A stretch of DNA of 64,000 nt from Thermodesulfobacteriota bacterium (GTDB lineage: Bacteria; Desulfobacterota; Desulfarculia; JACQYL01), in contig CAXXLZ010000002.1 of assembly GCA_963675595.2 (NCBI GenBank), forward strand, positions 3,456,001 to 3,520,000. The letters run 5' to 3'. Positions 9,337 to 20,008 of the stretch are shown piece after piece. The notes beneath the pieces were generated by a model that saw only the letters and a program-made list of their open reading frames with translations, was not told the origin of the DNA and did not search any database. How positions within the stretch are numbered: position 1 is the first letter of the stretch; every line of letters begins with the position of its first letter. A program made the position numbers and the translations under genes.

Positions 9337-10218
9337 ATGGAAAAGGATATTCGTAAATTGGACATTTCCCGGCAGGCCTCGGCTACGCCGGACCATTTTT
9401 TCCGCGAGCTCCAGATCGAGTTTCTCCTGCATGAGTTGAAAGACCCCTTCTCAGTCATTGAAGCCGGGGTCAGAGCTTTGTTGGAGCAGAGGGAAAAGTT
9501 CGGACCTTTGTCCCCGAGACAGGAAAGGACCCTTCAGCGAATTCTGCGGAGCGCGCTGAAGACCAAGGGGATGTTGCACAACTTGCTGGAAGTGGGTCGG
9601 TCCGAAGCGGGTTGTTTCGACTGTCGGAAATTTCGCGTGATTCATGCCGTATTGTCGACGCTTCTGGATGCAGTCGAAGCCATGGAACGGCTTTCCTACG
9701 AGGAGTTCAGGAAGCAGCGGATCCAAGACAACATGCTGGAATTTCTTGACTCTTGCGGCTTGTTTCTCAGGGTCGCTCCACAACTGGAAAGCCTGGAGTT
9801 GGAGCAAGACGAAGCCAAGTTCTGCCAGATCCTGGGCAACTTGGTGAAAAATGCTCTCCATCATCGCAAGAGCTCGGTGGAGATCAGTCTGGATCAAGAA
9901 GGCGACATCGTGGTTATCGAGGTCCGTGACGACGGACCGGGAATCAAGCCGGAACATCGAGAAATTATTTTCGCGCGATACGCGCAAGTGCCCGGCAGGG
10001 GAGGCTCCGAGGGAATGCGGAAAGGGCATGGGCTGGGTTTGGCGGGGGCACGGATTCTTGCGCGACGTCTTGGCGGAGAGATTGAAGTGATTGCCGGAAA
10101 GACAAGGGGCGCCGCCTTTCGGTTCACGCTTCCCGTAAAGCCGGACGCGGTGGGGGGGGAGGAGCCCGGGGAGTCGCCTTTTACACCGGACCGCGAGAAT
10201 TCGGAGAGCGCTTGCTAG
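9337..10218 (+). CDS. Sensorless histidine kinase (HisKA + HATPase_c)
   Basis: LLHELKDP, NLVKNALH, DDGPGI and GHGLGLA; almost no N-terminal input region. Confidence 0.88.
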   Translation: MEKDIRKLDISRQASATPDHFFRELQIEFLLHELKDPFSVIEAGVRALLEQREKFGPLSPRQERTLQRILRSALKTKGMLHNLLEVGRSEAGCFDCRKFRVIHAVLSTLLDAVEAMERLSYEEFRKQRIQDNMLEFLDSCGLFLRVAPQLESLELEQDEAKFCQILGNLVKNALHHRKSSVEISLDQEGDIVVIEVRDDGPGIKPEHREIIFARYAQVPGRGGSEGMRKGHGLGLAGARILARRLGGEIEVIAGKTRGAAFRFTLPVKPDAVGGEEPGESPFTPDRENSESAC

Positions 10219-10318
10219 GGAATCAACCGGCGGGTGCTCAGCATGGTAATGCGGGGATGTCGCCGCACGGCAGTCCGAAGCGCGGATATCCCGTTATTCC
10301 TGATTGGGAGACAGCGGA

Positions 10319-10876
10319 ATGAAAGAAGAGAAGGATTTTCTTGAGGGAAAGCGAATTTTGGCCGTGGACGACGAGGAAGATGTTCTGGAAACCATAGAAG
10401 ACCTGATCATGCAGGCTAAGGTGGACACGGCTCGAGACTACGAGACGGCCTCGCTGAAGATCAAGGAAACCAAATACGACCTTGCCATCCTGGACATTAT
10501 GGGGGTTGACGGCTTGACGCTGCTGGAGGAGGCGGTGGAGCGAGGGATTCCAGCGGTGATGCTCACGGCCCATGCAGTGAATCCGGAATCCCTGATCGCA
10601 TCGATCCGAAAGGGCGCCATCAGCTACCTTCCGAAAGAAAAGCTGGCCGAGTTGGACCGGTTTCTCAATGAGTTGCTGGCTCATTGCGAAAAGGGAGAAC
10701 CTCCATGGAAACTGCTTTTCGAGCGGTTGGGGGAGTACTTCGACGAGCGATTCGGGCCCGACTGGAAGGCGCGTCACAAAGAGTTCTGGTCGGAATTCGA
10801 TCGTGCCTACGTGGTGGGAAAGGGCGCTCAAGCCCGGCTGATGAAGGATGAACGGTTTCGTTCGCGAGGAATCTGA
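10319..10876 (+). CDS. Response regulator (receiver domain plus short C-terminal extension)
   Basis: ILAVDDEE, AILDIMG, MLTAHA and YLPK receiver motifs. Confidence 0.92.
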   Translation: MKEEKDFLEGKRILAVDDEEDVLETIEDLIMQAKVDTARDYETASLKIKETKYDLAILDIMGVDGLTLLEEAVERGIPAVMLTAHAVNPESLIASIRKGAISYLPKEKLAELDRFLNELLAHCEKGEPPWKLLFERLGEYFDERFGPDWKARHKEFWSEFDRAYVVGKGAQARLMKDERFRSRGI

Positions 10877-10901
10877 GGGCGGGAAGAGTGAAGAAATTCA
10901 C

Positions 10902-11006
10902 TTAGTGGTTTGGACAACTTTGACCTTCCATCATAATGATTCTCGGAGCTGCAATACGAGGTAAAAGTATCTTCCTAAGAAGTTGTTTATAATAGGTTGA
11001 ACTCAC
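10902..11006 (-). CDS. Possible 34-aa small ORF
   Basis: AAAAAGGAGG-ACG-GTG start; MSSTYYKQLLRKILLPRIAAPRIIMMEGQSCPNH*. RBS spacing is short. Confidence 0.2.
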   Translation of the reverse strand: MSSTYYKQLLRKILLPRIAAPRIIMMEGQSCPNH

Positions 11007-11498
11007 CGTCCTCCTTTTTGGACATTAGAAAGCCTTTTGCCTTTGCCGCCTATTCGTGCCCACATGACGAAAGGAACTACTACTTCGCTTCGCGTACATA
11101 TTGTCTGATCCGGTCTTAACGGGCCCATCCGAATGGGTATTCATTTTGTAATACCTTTGGTGGGGAACGCGACCTCTGTAGAAGGACCTTTGTGAAGCGC
11201 ATGAGAACGGCCCTATGGTTGACCAATGTCACACGTTCCGGTCGTTTACGTGGTTTGCGTTCCTTGTGGTTTCTTGCTTTTAAAACGGTCTGAGATTTCA
11301 GTTGGTTGGAGATAGGTAAGGGAATGCCGGGCGACGAACCCCGAGAAAATAGCCGGGGTTTGGAGGGCTCGATGGGCCGGAACCGCAGTATCCATCGTAT
11401 TTTCTGCTTTACAACGGAAAATCGGCTATGGCATACTTGGCTAACTTTTCAGGGGTGCCAAACCTATAAGTATGGAGAAACGGGGGGATAAACGCATT

Positions 11499-11771
11499 AT
11501 GAACAAAGCGGACATTATCAATGAGATGGCCGAAGCCGCCGGTATCTCGAAGGCTGTAGCCGGAAAGGCTTTGGACGGCATGCTTGGTGCGATCGAGCAG
11601 GCTCTGAAGGGCGGAGACAAGGTGACCTTGGTGGGTTTCGGGACCTTTATGGTCGCAAAGAGGGCTGCCCGAACCGGTCGGAATCCCCAGACAAAACAGG
11701 AAATCAAGATACCGGAAGCCAACGTTCCGAAGTTCAAACCGGGCAACAAGCTGAAAGACGCGGTCAAGTAA
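11499..11771 (+). CDS. hup: HU family DNA-binding protein
   Basis: MNKADII...[12 protein letters not shown]...ARTGRNPQT...[14 protein letters not shown]. Confidence 0.97.
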   Translation: MNKADIINEMAEAAGISKAVAGKALDGMLGAIEQALKGGDKVTLVGFGTFMVAKRAARTGRNPQTKQEIKIPEANVPKFKPGNKLKDAVK

Positions 11772-12021
11772 ACGCCCTCGCCTGAGCCGCTCCCGGTTTT
11801 CCAAAGGAGGAGCGCGAAGAGGTCGCCCCGAGGTCCTCGGTTGCCTCTTGGTGATCCGAAGTCGTCTAAGTGCTCCGGTTTTCATCGATTGGGGCCGCTT
11901 CATTGGATATTTGTTCGAGTGTCTATCAGAGTCCTTCCGTGGGGCATAGACCCGGTATGTCGAAACGTTTAACGGAAGAGGCTTCGCGTAAGATCGCTTC
12001 TTTTTTCCGAATGGACGAATA

Positions 12022-12059
12022 AGGGCTCCTGAAGGAACATCGTTTCCTTCAGGAGCCCT
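12022..12059. terminator. Strong hairpin between convergent hup and aspC
   Basis: AGGGCTCCTGAAGGAA ... TTCCTTCAGGAGCCCT, a perfect 16-bp stem. Confidence 0.75.
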
Positions 12060-12101
12060 CGTATTTTCATCCGTTCGGCCTTCGCCGGAAAGGACCCCGG
12101 A

Positions 12102-13292
12102 TCAATCGGAGGTCAGGGCCCTTTCCATCCTGTCGAGACCCTCCCGAATTTGTTCCATGGACGTGGCGAAAGAAAGCCGGATGTAGGGGTCGGCCCCGAA
12201 TCCGATGCCGGGAACCACCGCCACCTTGGCCACGTCCAGCAGAAAATCCGCCATGGAGTTGGAGTCTTCGATCTTCTTCCCCGAGATCGTACGTCCATAA
12301 TACTCGGAAACGTTGGGGAAAGCGTAGAATGCGCCTTTCGGATCGAAACACCGGATCCCGGGCATTTGGTTGAGACGCCGGATGATGTAATCCTTGCGTT
12401 CCTGAAAGGCCTCCCTCAGCATGTCGATGAAATCCTGCGGACCGGTAAGGGCTTCGACAGCCGCTTTCTGGGCAATGGAATTGGGATTGGAAGTGCTCTG
12501 GCTCTGAATCTTGGTAACGGCTCCGATAATCTCCTTGGGACCCGCCATGTACCCAATGCGCCATCCGGTCATGGAATAGGATTTGGACACGCCGTTAAGC
12601 ACCAGGGATCTCTCTTTGACCTCTTTTCCGATGGAAGCCATGGTATGGAAGGTGGCTCCGTCGAATAGAATCTTTTCGTAAATGTCGTCGGAAATGAGGA
12701 AAAAATCGTTTTCCACGGCGACCTGGGCGATGGCTTCCAGCTCGGCACGTGTATACACGGAACCCGTGGGATTGGAGGGGCTGTTAATCACCAGGGCTTT
12801 GGTGGCCGGTGTTACGTTCTCCCGCAATTGCTCGGGAGTGATTTTGAAATTCTGCTCCTGGGTGGTTTCCACGATGACGGGTTTGGCGCCGGCCAAGATC
12901 GTCATGGGCGGATACGACACCCAAAACGGAGCCGGTATGATCACTTCGTCGCCTTGATCGAAGAGCACTTGAGCCAAATTGTAGAACGAGTGCTTGCCTC
13001 CGCAGTTCACCACGACTTCGCCTCGGGTGTACTCGAGTCCGTTGTCTTTCCGGAATTTGTCAATAACGGCGTCCTTGAGTTCGTCGGTTCCGCCAGCCGC
13101 GGTATAGCGGGTAAACCCGTCACGGATGGCTTTGATCGCCGCTTCCTTGATGTTCTCCGGCGTATCGAAGTCGGGTTCACCGGCTCCGAAACTGACCAGA
13201 TCCACGCCCTGGGCTTTCATGGCTTTGGCTTTGGCGTCTACGGCCAAAGTGGGGGAAGGTTTGATCTGAGAAATTCTGTTGGAAAGGTTCAT
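12102..13292 (-). CDS. aspC: PLP-dependent aspartate aminotransferase (class I/II)
   Basis: GEPDFDTP, NSPSNPTG, SDDIYE and SKSYSMTGWRIG. Confidence 0.93.
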   Translation of the reverse strand: MNLSNRISQIKPSPTLAVDAKAKAMKAQGVDLVSFGAGEPDFDTPENIKEAAIKAIRDGFTRYTAAGGTDELKDAVIDKFRKDNGLEYTRGEVVVNCGGKHSFYNLAQVLFDQGDEVIIPAPFWVSYPPMTILAGAKPVIVETTQEQNFKITPEQLRENVTPATKALVINSPSNPTGSVYTRAELEAIAQVAVENDFFLISDDIYEKILFDGATFHTMASIGKEVKERSLVLNGVSKSYSMTGWRIGYMAGPKEIIGAVTKIQSQSTSNPNSIAQKAAVEALTGPQDFIDMLREAFQERKDYIIRRLNQMPGIRCFDPKGAFYAFPNVSEYYGRTISGKKIEDSNSMADFLLDVAKVAVVPGIGFGADPYIRLSFATSMEQIREGLDRMERALTSD

Positions 13293-14018
13293 GACTCATG
13301 TGCTCCTGAAAGTTGAAATGCGATGAGAAACTCCTTGTTCCCTTTTGGGCCCAAAATCGGTGAGTCTATCACACCCAGAATATGACATTCAAGGCCTACA
13401 AGGAACTCCTCAATCTTCGTTACGACCTCGACGTGACGATGAACATCTCGGACGACCCCGCCCTTTCCCACTTCTCCTTTGCCCACTTCGAATTGAGGCT
13501 TGATAAGGGCAATGCACCAAGCTTCCGATGATAGTATCTTCAGCAAAGGCGGTATCAGCAACGTAAGGGAAATAAAGGAGGCATCGATCACGGCGCCTTG
13601 GAGGGGCTCGTCGAAGAGAGCGGAGGTCAGATATCGCGCATTTGTCTTTTCAAAAACGACGACCCGAGGATCGTTTCTTAAGGACCAATCCAGCTGCCCG
13701 TAGCCTACGTCCACGGCATAGACTTTTCGCGCACCGAATTCGAGGAGACAATGAGTGAAGCCGCCGGTGGAGGCCCCGATGTCCGCCACCACGGTCCCCT
13801 CCACGGGAACCTGGAAATGAAGGAGAGCCGCTTCCAGTTTAAGGCCGCCACGGCTCACAAAGCGACAACCGCTTCCCCGAACCTCCATCTCAGCGGATTC
13901 AGGCAGCGGCGCTCCCGCTTTCTCCACCCGCTTTCCACGGCTGTAGACGATTCCTCCAAGAATCATGGCTTGGGCTTTGCTTCGGTTGGGAGCAAGGCCC
14001 AGTTGAACCATTCGTTCG

Positions 14019-14038
<20 letters not shown>
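13289..14038 (-). CDS. tlyA: TlyA family rRNA methyltransferase
   Basis: S4 domain, FVSRGGLKL, DIGASTGGFT, DVGYGQL, DASFISL, IKPQFE and GPKGNKEF. Confidence 0.96.
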
Positions 14039-15911
<1,873 letters not shown>

Positions 15912-16138
15912 GAATTATCAGTCCTTGTCCTCGCCTTTGGTTGACTGTGCCGTCCGCCACTTGGTTCCGTCCGCCGGTGACTTCCGACCGGAAACCGCGG
16001 GTCGATCGCCCGAACAAGCTATTGAAAGGCACCCCTTCCGCTCAAGAGCATACAGCGCGAGGGGCCGATCGGTGACTTCGGAGAAGGGAATCCGGGAGAA
16101 CCGGATTTGAGCCGCTTGTGAAAAGGAACCCCGTTCTT

Positions 16139-16167
16139 TGTATATGCAGTATCCCTTCGAGCGTCAA
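16139..16167 (-). promoter_or_regulatory. Internal sigma70 promoter upstream of dxs
   Basis: Minus strand TTGACG-N17-TATACA in the ispA-dxs gap. Confidence 0.5.
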
Positions 16168-16209
16168 GGCCAACGCGCCCTCGGGAGAGGAAAGCGATAT
16201 AAGGTGGAC

Positions 16210-17100
16210 TTACTTCTTTCGATTGAGTAAGTGCAACGCCAAGTCCTTTAGCGGTTCCGCGCGATCATCAAAGGAAGATAGGGCGGCCAGGGCCTGTTCC
16301 ACCATTTGCTTTTCCCGGGCCTCCGATTCCGCGATGCCGAGAACTGCGGGGTACGTGGCCTTGTTCTTTTCGAGGTCGCTGCCGGCGGGCTTACCGATCT
16401 CCTCGCTGGTGCCGACTACGTCCAGCAAATCGTCGCGGATCTGGAAAGCAAGTCCAAGGAAATCGCCGTATCTGGACAAATTGGATACGGATTCCTCGGT
16501 TCCCCCCGCGAGGATGGCGCCCGAAGATACGGACGCTCGGATCAAAGCGGCGGTCTTGGTCGAATGGATGAATTGCACCACATCGATTGTGGGACGAACT
16601 CCCTCCGATTCGATGTCCACCATCTGTCCGCCGACCATGCCTCGGAATCCGGCCAGATCGGCAACCACTCGTGTCGCTTCCAACAGCTGTTCCGACGATA
16701 TCTCGGGGTGCAACGCCCGTCGTGTCATGACGGAAAACGCTTCGGTAAGAAGTCCGTCCCCGGCAAGAATGGCTGCGGCGTCGCCGAATCGTTTATGGTT
16801 GGTCGGAATGCCACGGCGAAAATCATCGTTATCCATGGCGGGCAGGTCGTCATGGATCAAAGAATAAGCGTGGATCATTTCCAGCGCGCAGGCGAAATTC
16901 ACGACGGTGTCCGGGTTGCCTCCAACGGCCTCGGCTCCGGCCATGCACAGAATGGGGCGGATTCTCTTGCCGCCTGCTAGAAGGCTATATCTCATGGCCT
17001 CCACCACCGTCCGCTGGTGACTATCAATAGGAGGAAGCAACCGGTTCAATGCTTGGTCGATACGATCGCGTCGGTCGTGCAGGTATTCTGAGAGATTCAT
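16210..17100 (-). CDS. ispA: Farnesyl/geranyl diphosphate synthase
   Basis: GGKRIRP, SLIHDDLPAMDNDDFRRG, GMVGGQ, KT and FQIRDDLLD. Start at MNLSEYL (17100). Confidence 0.95.
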   Translation of the reverse strand: MNLSEYLHDRRDRIDQALNRLLPPIDSHQRTVVEAMRYSLLAGGKRIRPILCMAGAEAVGGNPDTVVNFACALEMIHAYSLIHDDLPAMDNDDFRRGIPTNHKRFGDAAAILAGDGLLTEAFSVMTRRALHPEISSEQLLEATRVVADLAGFRGMVGGQMVDIESEGVRPTIDVVQFIHSTKTAALIRASVSSGAILAGGTEESVSNLSRYGDFLGLAFQIRDDLLDVVGTSEEIGKPAGSDLEKNKATYPAVLGIAESEAREKQMVEQALAALSSFDDRAEPLKDLALHLLNRKK

Positions 17101-17107
17101 GTGGGCT

Positions 17108-17350
17108 CTATTCGGATTCCGGTGGTTTGGATTCGAAAGGTTCCGTTGTGAGCTTTCCCGATTCGTCTCGAAGCAGGATTTCGACTTTACGCTCCGCTTC
17201 TTCCAGTTTCTTGCGGCATTGGCGAGCCAACTCAACGCCCCTCTCAAACGCTTGCAAGGAGTCGTCCAGAGAAAGCTCTCCACTTTCCATCTTCTTGATG
17301 ACGGCTTCGAGTTCGGAGAGGGCTTCTTCAAACTTCAAAGGATCTGACAC
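17108..17350 (-). CDS. xseB: Exodeoxyribonuclease VII small subunit
   Basis: FEEALSELEAVIKKMESGELSLDDSLQAFERGV; GTG start after GGAG. Confidence 0.95.
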   Translation of the reverse strand: MSDPLKFEEALSELEAVIKKMESGELSLDDSLQAFERGVELARQCRKKLEEAERKVEILLRDESGKLTTEPFESKPPESE

Positions 17351-17455
17351 GCTGCGTTCTCCAGTGCCTTTTTGTTGGGAAATCATGCCTACAATCACAT
17401 GCGCCGGCTGAGAAACGTACCTGGCGTGCGGCATTTCGGGAGGGCGGTCCTCCGA

Positions 17456-18364
17456 TTAGTGCGTCACCATCGCCTCTTCGGTAACTCGAATCAGCTCCAG
17501 AGGGTCCACTCGGGCTCCATTGAGACGGACGCCCCAATGAAGGTGCACTCCAGTCGATCTGCCCGTACTTCCGGCCAAGCCCACAGGTTGACCCCTCCGG
17601 ACCGTTGCTCCTTCACGAACCAAGGGACGATCCAGATGGAAATACATCGTGTAAAGGCCCTGACCGTGATCTACGAACACGCTGTTTCCCGCGTAGTACA
17701 AGTCTTTTACGAGGACCGCCGTGCCGTCGTTCGAGCAGAGGATATTCTCATTTCTGTCGGCCCTGAAGTCAACCCCGGAGTGAGGGCTTCGCGGCTTCCC
17801 GTTGATGAAGCTGGCCTTGCCGAAAGTCCCGGTAATTTTGCCGGACACCGGCCTGATGAAGGGAGCCTTCCAGAGCCGCCGAGGGGAACGGCGTTTCCAG
17901 AGTTCTTCGAGGAGGTTCGTTTCACGATCAATGCGCTGAAGCAGTTCGGGAGTCAGTTTGCTTTCCTTGACCGTAAATCGCCTGACACCGAAGTCGCGAT
18001 CCTCGACGGGGACCTTGAAGGCGGACACTCCCTTGGAGGTGCGCAAGGTCAGAAGATGGTCCCCGGGCTTCGCACCCAGGTCGATTCCCACCAAACCCTG
18101 GAAGGTCCCATCGTCTGCCGGCTCAAAAGGAATCTCCGTTCCCATGAAACTCCCGGAAACGTGGTCACCGGGCGTGGAGACGGTGACGGTAAGGAGATGT
18201 ACGCCACCACGGGCCGCGGGTTCAGGGGCCAGTCGCCAAGTGGAAATTGCCCCGTTCCCCGTTTCGGCAAAGCCGGCGGCGCCGAATACGCAAAGAAGAA
18301 CGACCATGGCAAACAAGACGATCCCCGCACGTTTCCCGCCAAGAGTGGACTCCGCCGGGTTCAT
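17456..18364 (-). CDS. M23 family metallopeptidase (exported)
   Basis: Signal-like N-terminus; HSGVD, DHGQG, YFHL and STGVHLHWG. Confidence 0.92.
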   Translation of the reverse strand: MNPAESTLGGKRAGIVLFAMVVLLCVFGAAGFAETGNGAISTWRLAPEPAARGGVHLLTVTVSTPGDHVSGSFMGTEIPFEPADDGTFQGLVGIDLGAKPGDHLLTLRTSKGVSAFKVPVEDRDFGVRRFTVKESKLTPELLQRIDRETNLLEELWKRRSPRRLWKAPFIRPVSGKITGTFGKASFINGKPRSPHSGVDFRADRNENILCSNDGTAVLVKDLYYAGNSVFVDHGQGLYTMYFHLDRPLVREGATVRRGQPVGLAGSTGRSTGVHLHWGVRLNGARVDPLELIRVTEEAMVTH

Positions 18365-19689
18365 TCGACTTCTTCCACCTTGCAAACCAGACCTCCTTTT
18401 CGCAATCGTACATGGACTTGTTCCCCGGATGCGATTTCCGAGGAGTCCCGCAGCACTCGGCCGTCAGGAATCCTGGTGGCGATGCTGTAACCGCGGTCCA
18501 GTACATTTAACGGGTTGACGGCGTTCATTCGTTGAACCGCGGTCTGAAGCCTTTCAGAGGATCGTTCCAGGGAACGCGTCTGCAACCGGATCAGATCGGT
18601 CCGGAGGTGATCCAGGCGTTGGCCGAGCAAGGCAAAACGCTCCCTCGGCCTGAAGGTGAGAAGGCGGTTCTCGAGGGAATCCAGTGTCCGCTTGGCTCCG
18701 TTGTCGGTCATGAGCCAATGAAACTGAAGACGGTCCCTAAAATCGTCCACTTTCAAGAGCCCATCGGCGATTCTTCGTCTGGGATCGGAAAGTCTTGCTT
18801 CCAGATTACCCAGGCGCTCCTTTCCCAAAGCCAGCTTGGAAGTCAGCGCACCGACGCATTGCTTCAGATGAGACTGAACCGTGTTGAGCAAGTCCGCTTT
18901 GGAAGGAAACAGGATTTCGGCGGCCACGGAAGGGGTGGGAGCCCTCCGATCGGCGGCGAAGTCGGAGATCGTAAAATCCACCTCATGACCGACCGCGGAA
19001 ACCACGGGTATTCGGCTGCGGTGGACGGCACGGGCCACCTGCTCTTCATTGAAGGGCCAAAGGTCTTCAATGGAGCCGCCTCCTCGGGTAAGCACGATGA
19101 CGTCCGCATCGATCTCGGCGTTGATGCGATCCAACGCCGCGGCGATTTCTCCCGCGGCTTCCCGGCCTTGGACACGTACGGGGAAAACGAGGATGTGAAC
19201 GGAGCCGAAGCGGCGGTCCATAACGTGGATGAAATCCCGGACGGCCGCGCCGGTGGGCGAGGTTACCACGACCACTCGATCCGGAAGAAATGGAATGGGT
19301 TTCTTTTCCGATTGTTCAAACAGCCCTTCTTTGCCCAGTTTCTCGAGCAGTTGTTCGAAGGCGAGTTGGAGCGCGCCCCTTCCTTTGGGCTCCAAACGTT
19401 CGATAATAACCTGATATTCCCCTCTGGGCTCGTAAACGGTGATCCGACCCAGAGCCAAAACAGCCATGCCGTCTTCCGGGTTAAACCTAAGCAGCTGGTT
19501 CTGGTGTCTGAACATTACGGCTCGAATCTGTGCTTTGGCGTCTTTGAGGACGAAATAGAGGTGTCCGGATGAGGGTGTGCGCAGGTTGGAGATTTCACCC
19601 TCGATCCAAACGAGAGGATACTCCGATTCAAGTAAGCCTTTAATGCGAAGATTGATTTCGGATACGGTATAGATTTTTTGTTCGGACAT
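18361..19689 (-). CDS. xseA: Exodeoxyribonuclease VII large subunit
   Basis: GEISN, SGHLYFVLKD, TSPTGAA, RGGGSIEDLW, SAVGHEVD and APTPS. Confidence 0.98.
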   Translation of the reverse strand: MSEQKIYTVSEINLRIKGLLESEYPLVWIEGEISNLRTPSSGHLYFVLKDAKAQIRAVMFRHQNQLLRFNPEDGMAVLALGRITVYEPRGEYQVIIERLEPKGRGALQLAFEQLLEKLGKEGLFEQSEKKPIPFLPDRVVVVTSPTGAAVRDFIHVMDRRFGSVHILVFPVRVQGREAAGEIAAALDRINAEIDADVIVLTRGGGSIEDLWPFNEEQVARAVHRSRIPVVSAVGHEVDFTISDFAADRRAPTPSVAAEILFPSKADLLNTVQSHLKQCVGALTSKLALGKERLGNLEARLSDPRRRIADGLLKVDDFRDRLQFHWLMTDNGAKRTLDSLENRLLTFRPRERFALLGQRLDHLRTDLIRLQTRSLERSSERLQTAVQRMNAVNPLNVLDRGYSIATRIPDGRVLRDSSEIASGEQVHVRLRKGGLVCKVEEVE

Positions 19690-20008
19690 GATGGCGCTAT
19701 CCCGGATCAGGGCCGTTTCGGATACCGGCCCGATGAATGTTGGGATGCCGATATGGACGGCATCGTGGTTCAGTCTACATACAACGGGGAGTGCGTCAAC
19801 CGGAATGCAGGAAGAAAGATGGTTATCGCATCTCCGTGTCTTTGGGGAGATGCTACATCAAGCTTGAGCTTTCGGAAGGAATGGTGTAGTCGGCCATATC
19901 GCGGAACCTCCAATGGAGGGCGTTCCGTTTGACGAGGTGGATTCGACTTCCCTTGTATTCCAATTCTTCTTCTCCTATGATGCTGAAAACGGAAAAAAGG
20001 AGCGGCTT

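Noticed and set aside
11428-11445. TGGCATACTTGGCT as a sigma54 promoter for hup
   Set aside because: The GG-to-GC spacing is 2 bp short of the -24/-12 consensus.
15912-16135. TPP riboswitch upstream of dxs
   Set aside because: GGGGTGC is present but the conserved CUGAGA and downstream elements are missing.
17101-17331. N-terminal extension of ispA or an xseB-ispA fusion
   Set aside because: The extension is an off-frame read of xseB; both genes have normal starts and stops.
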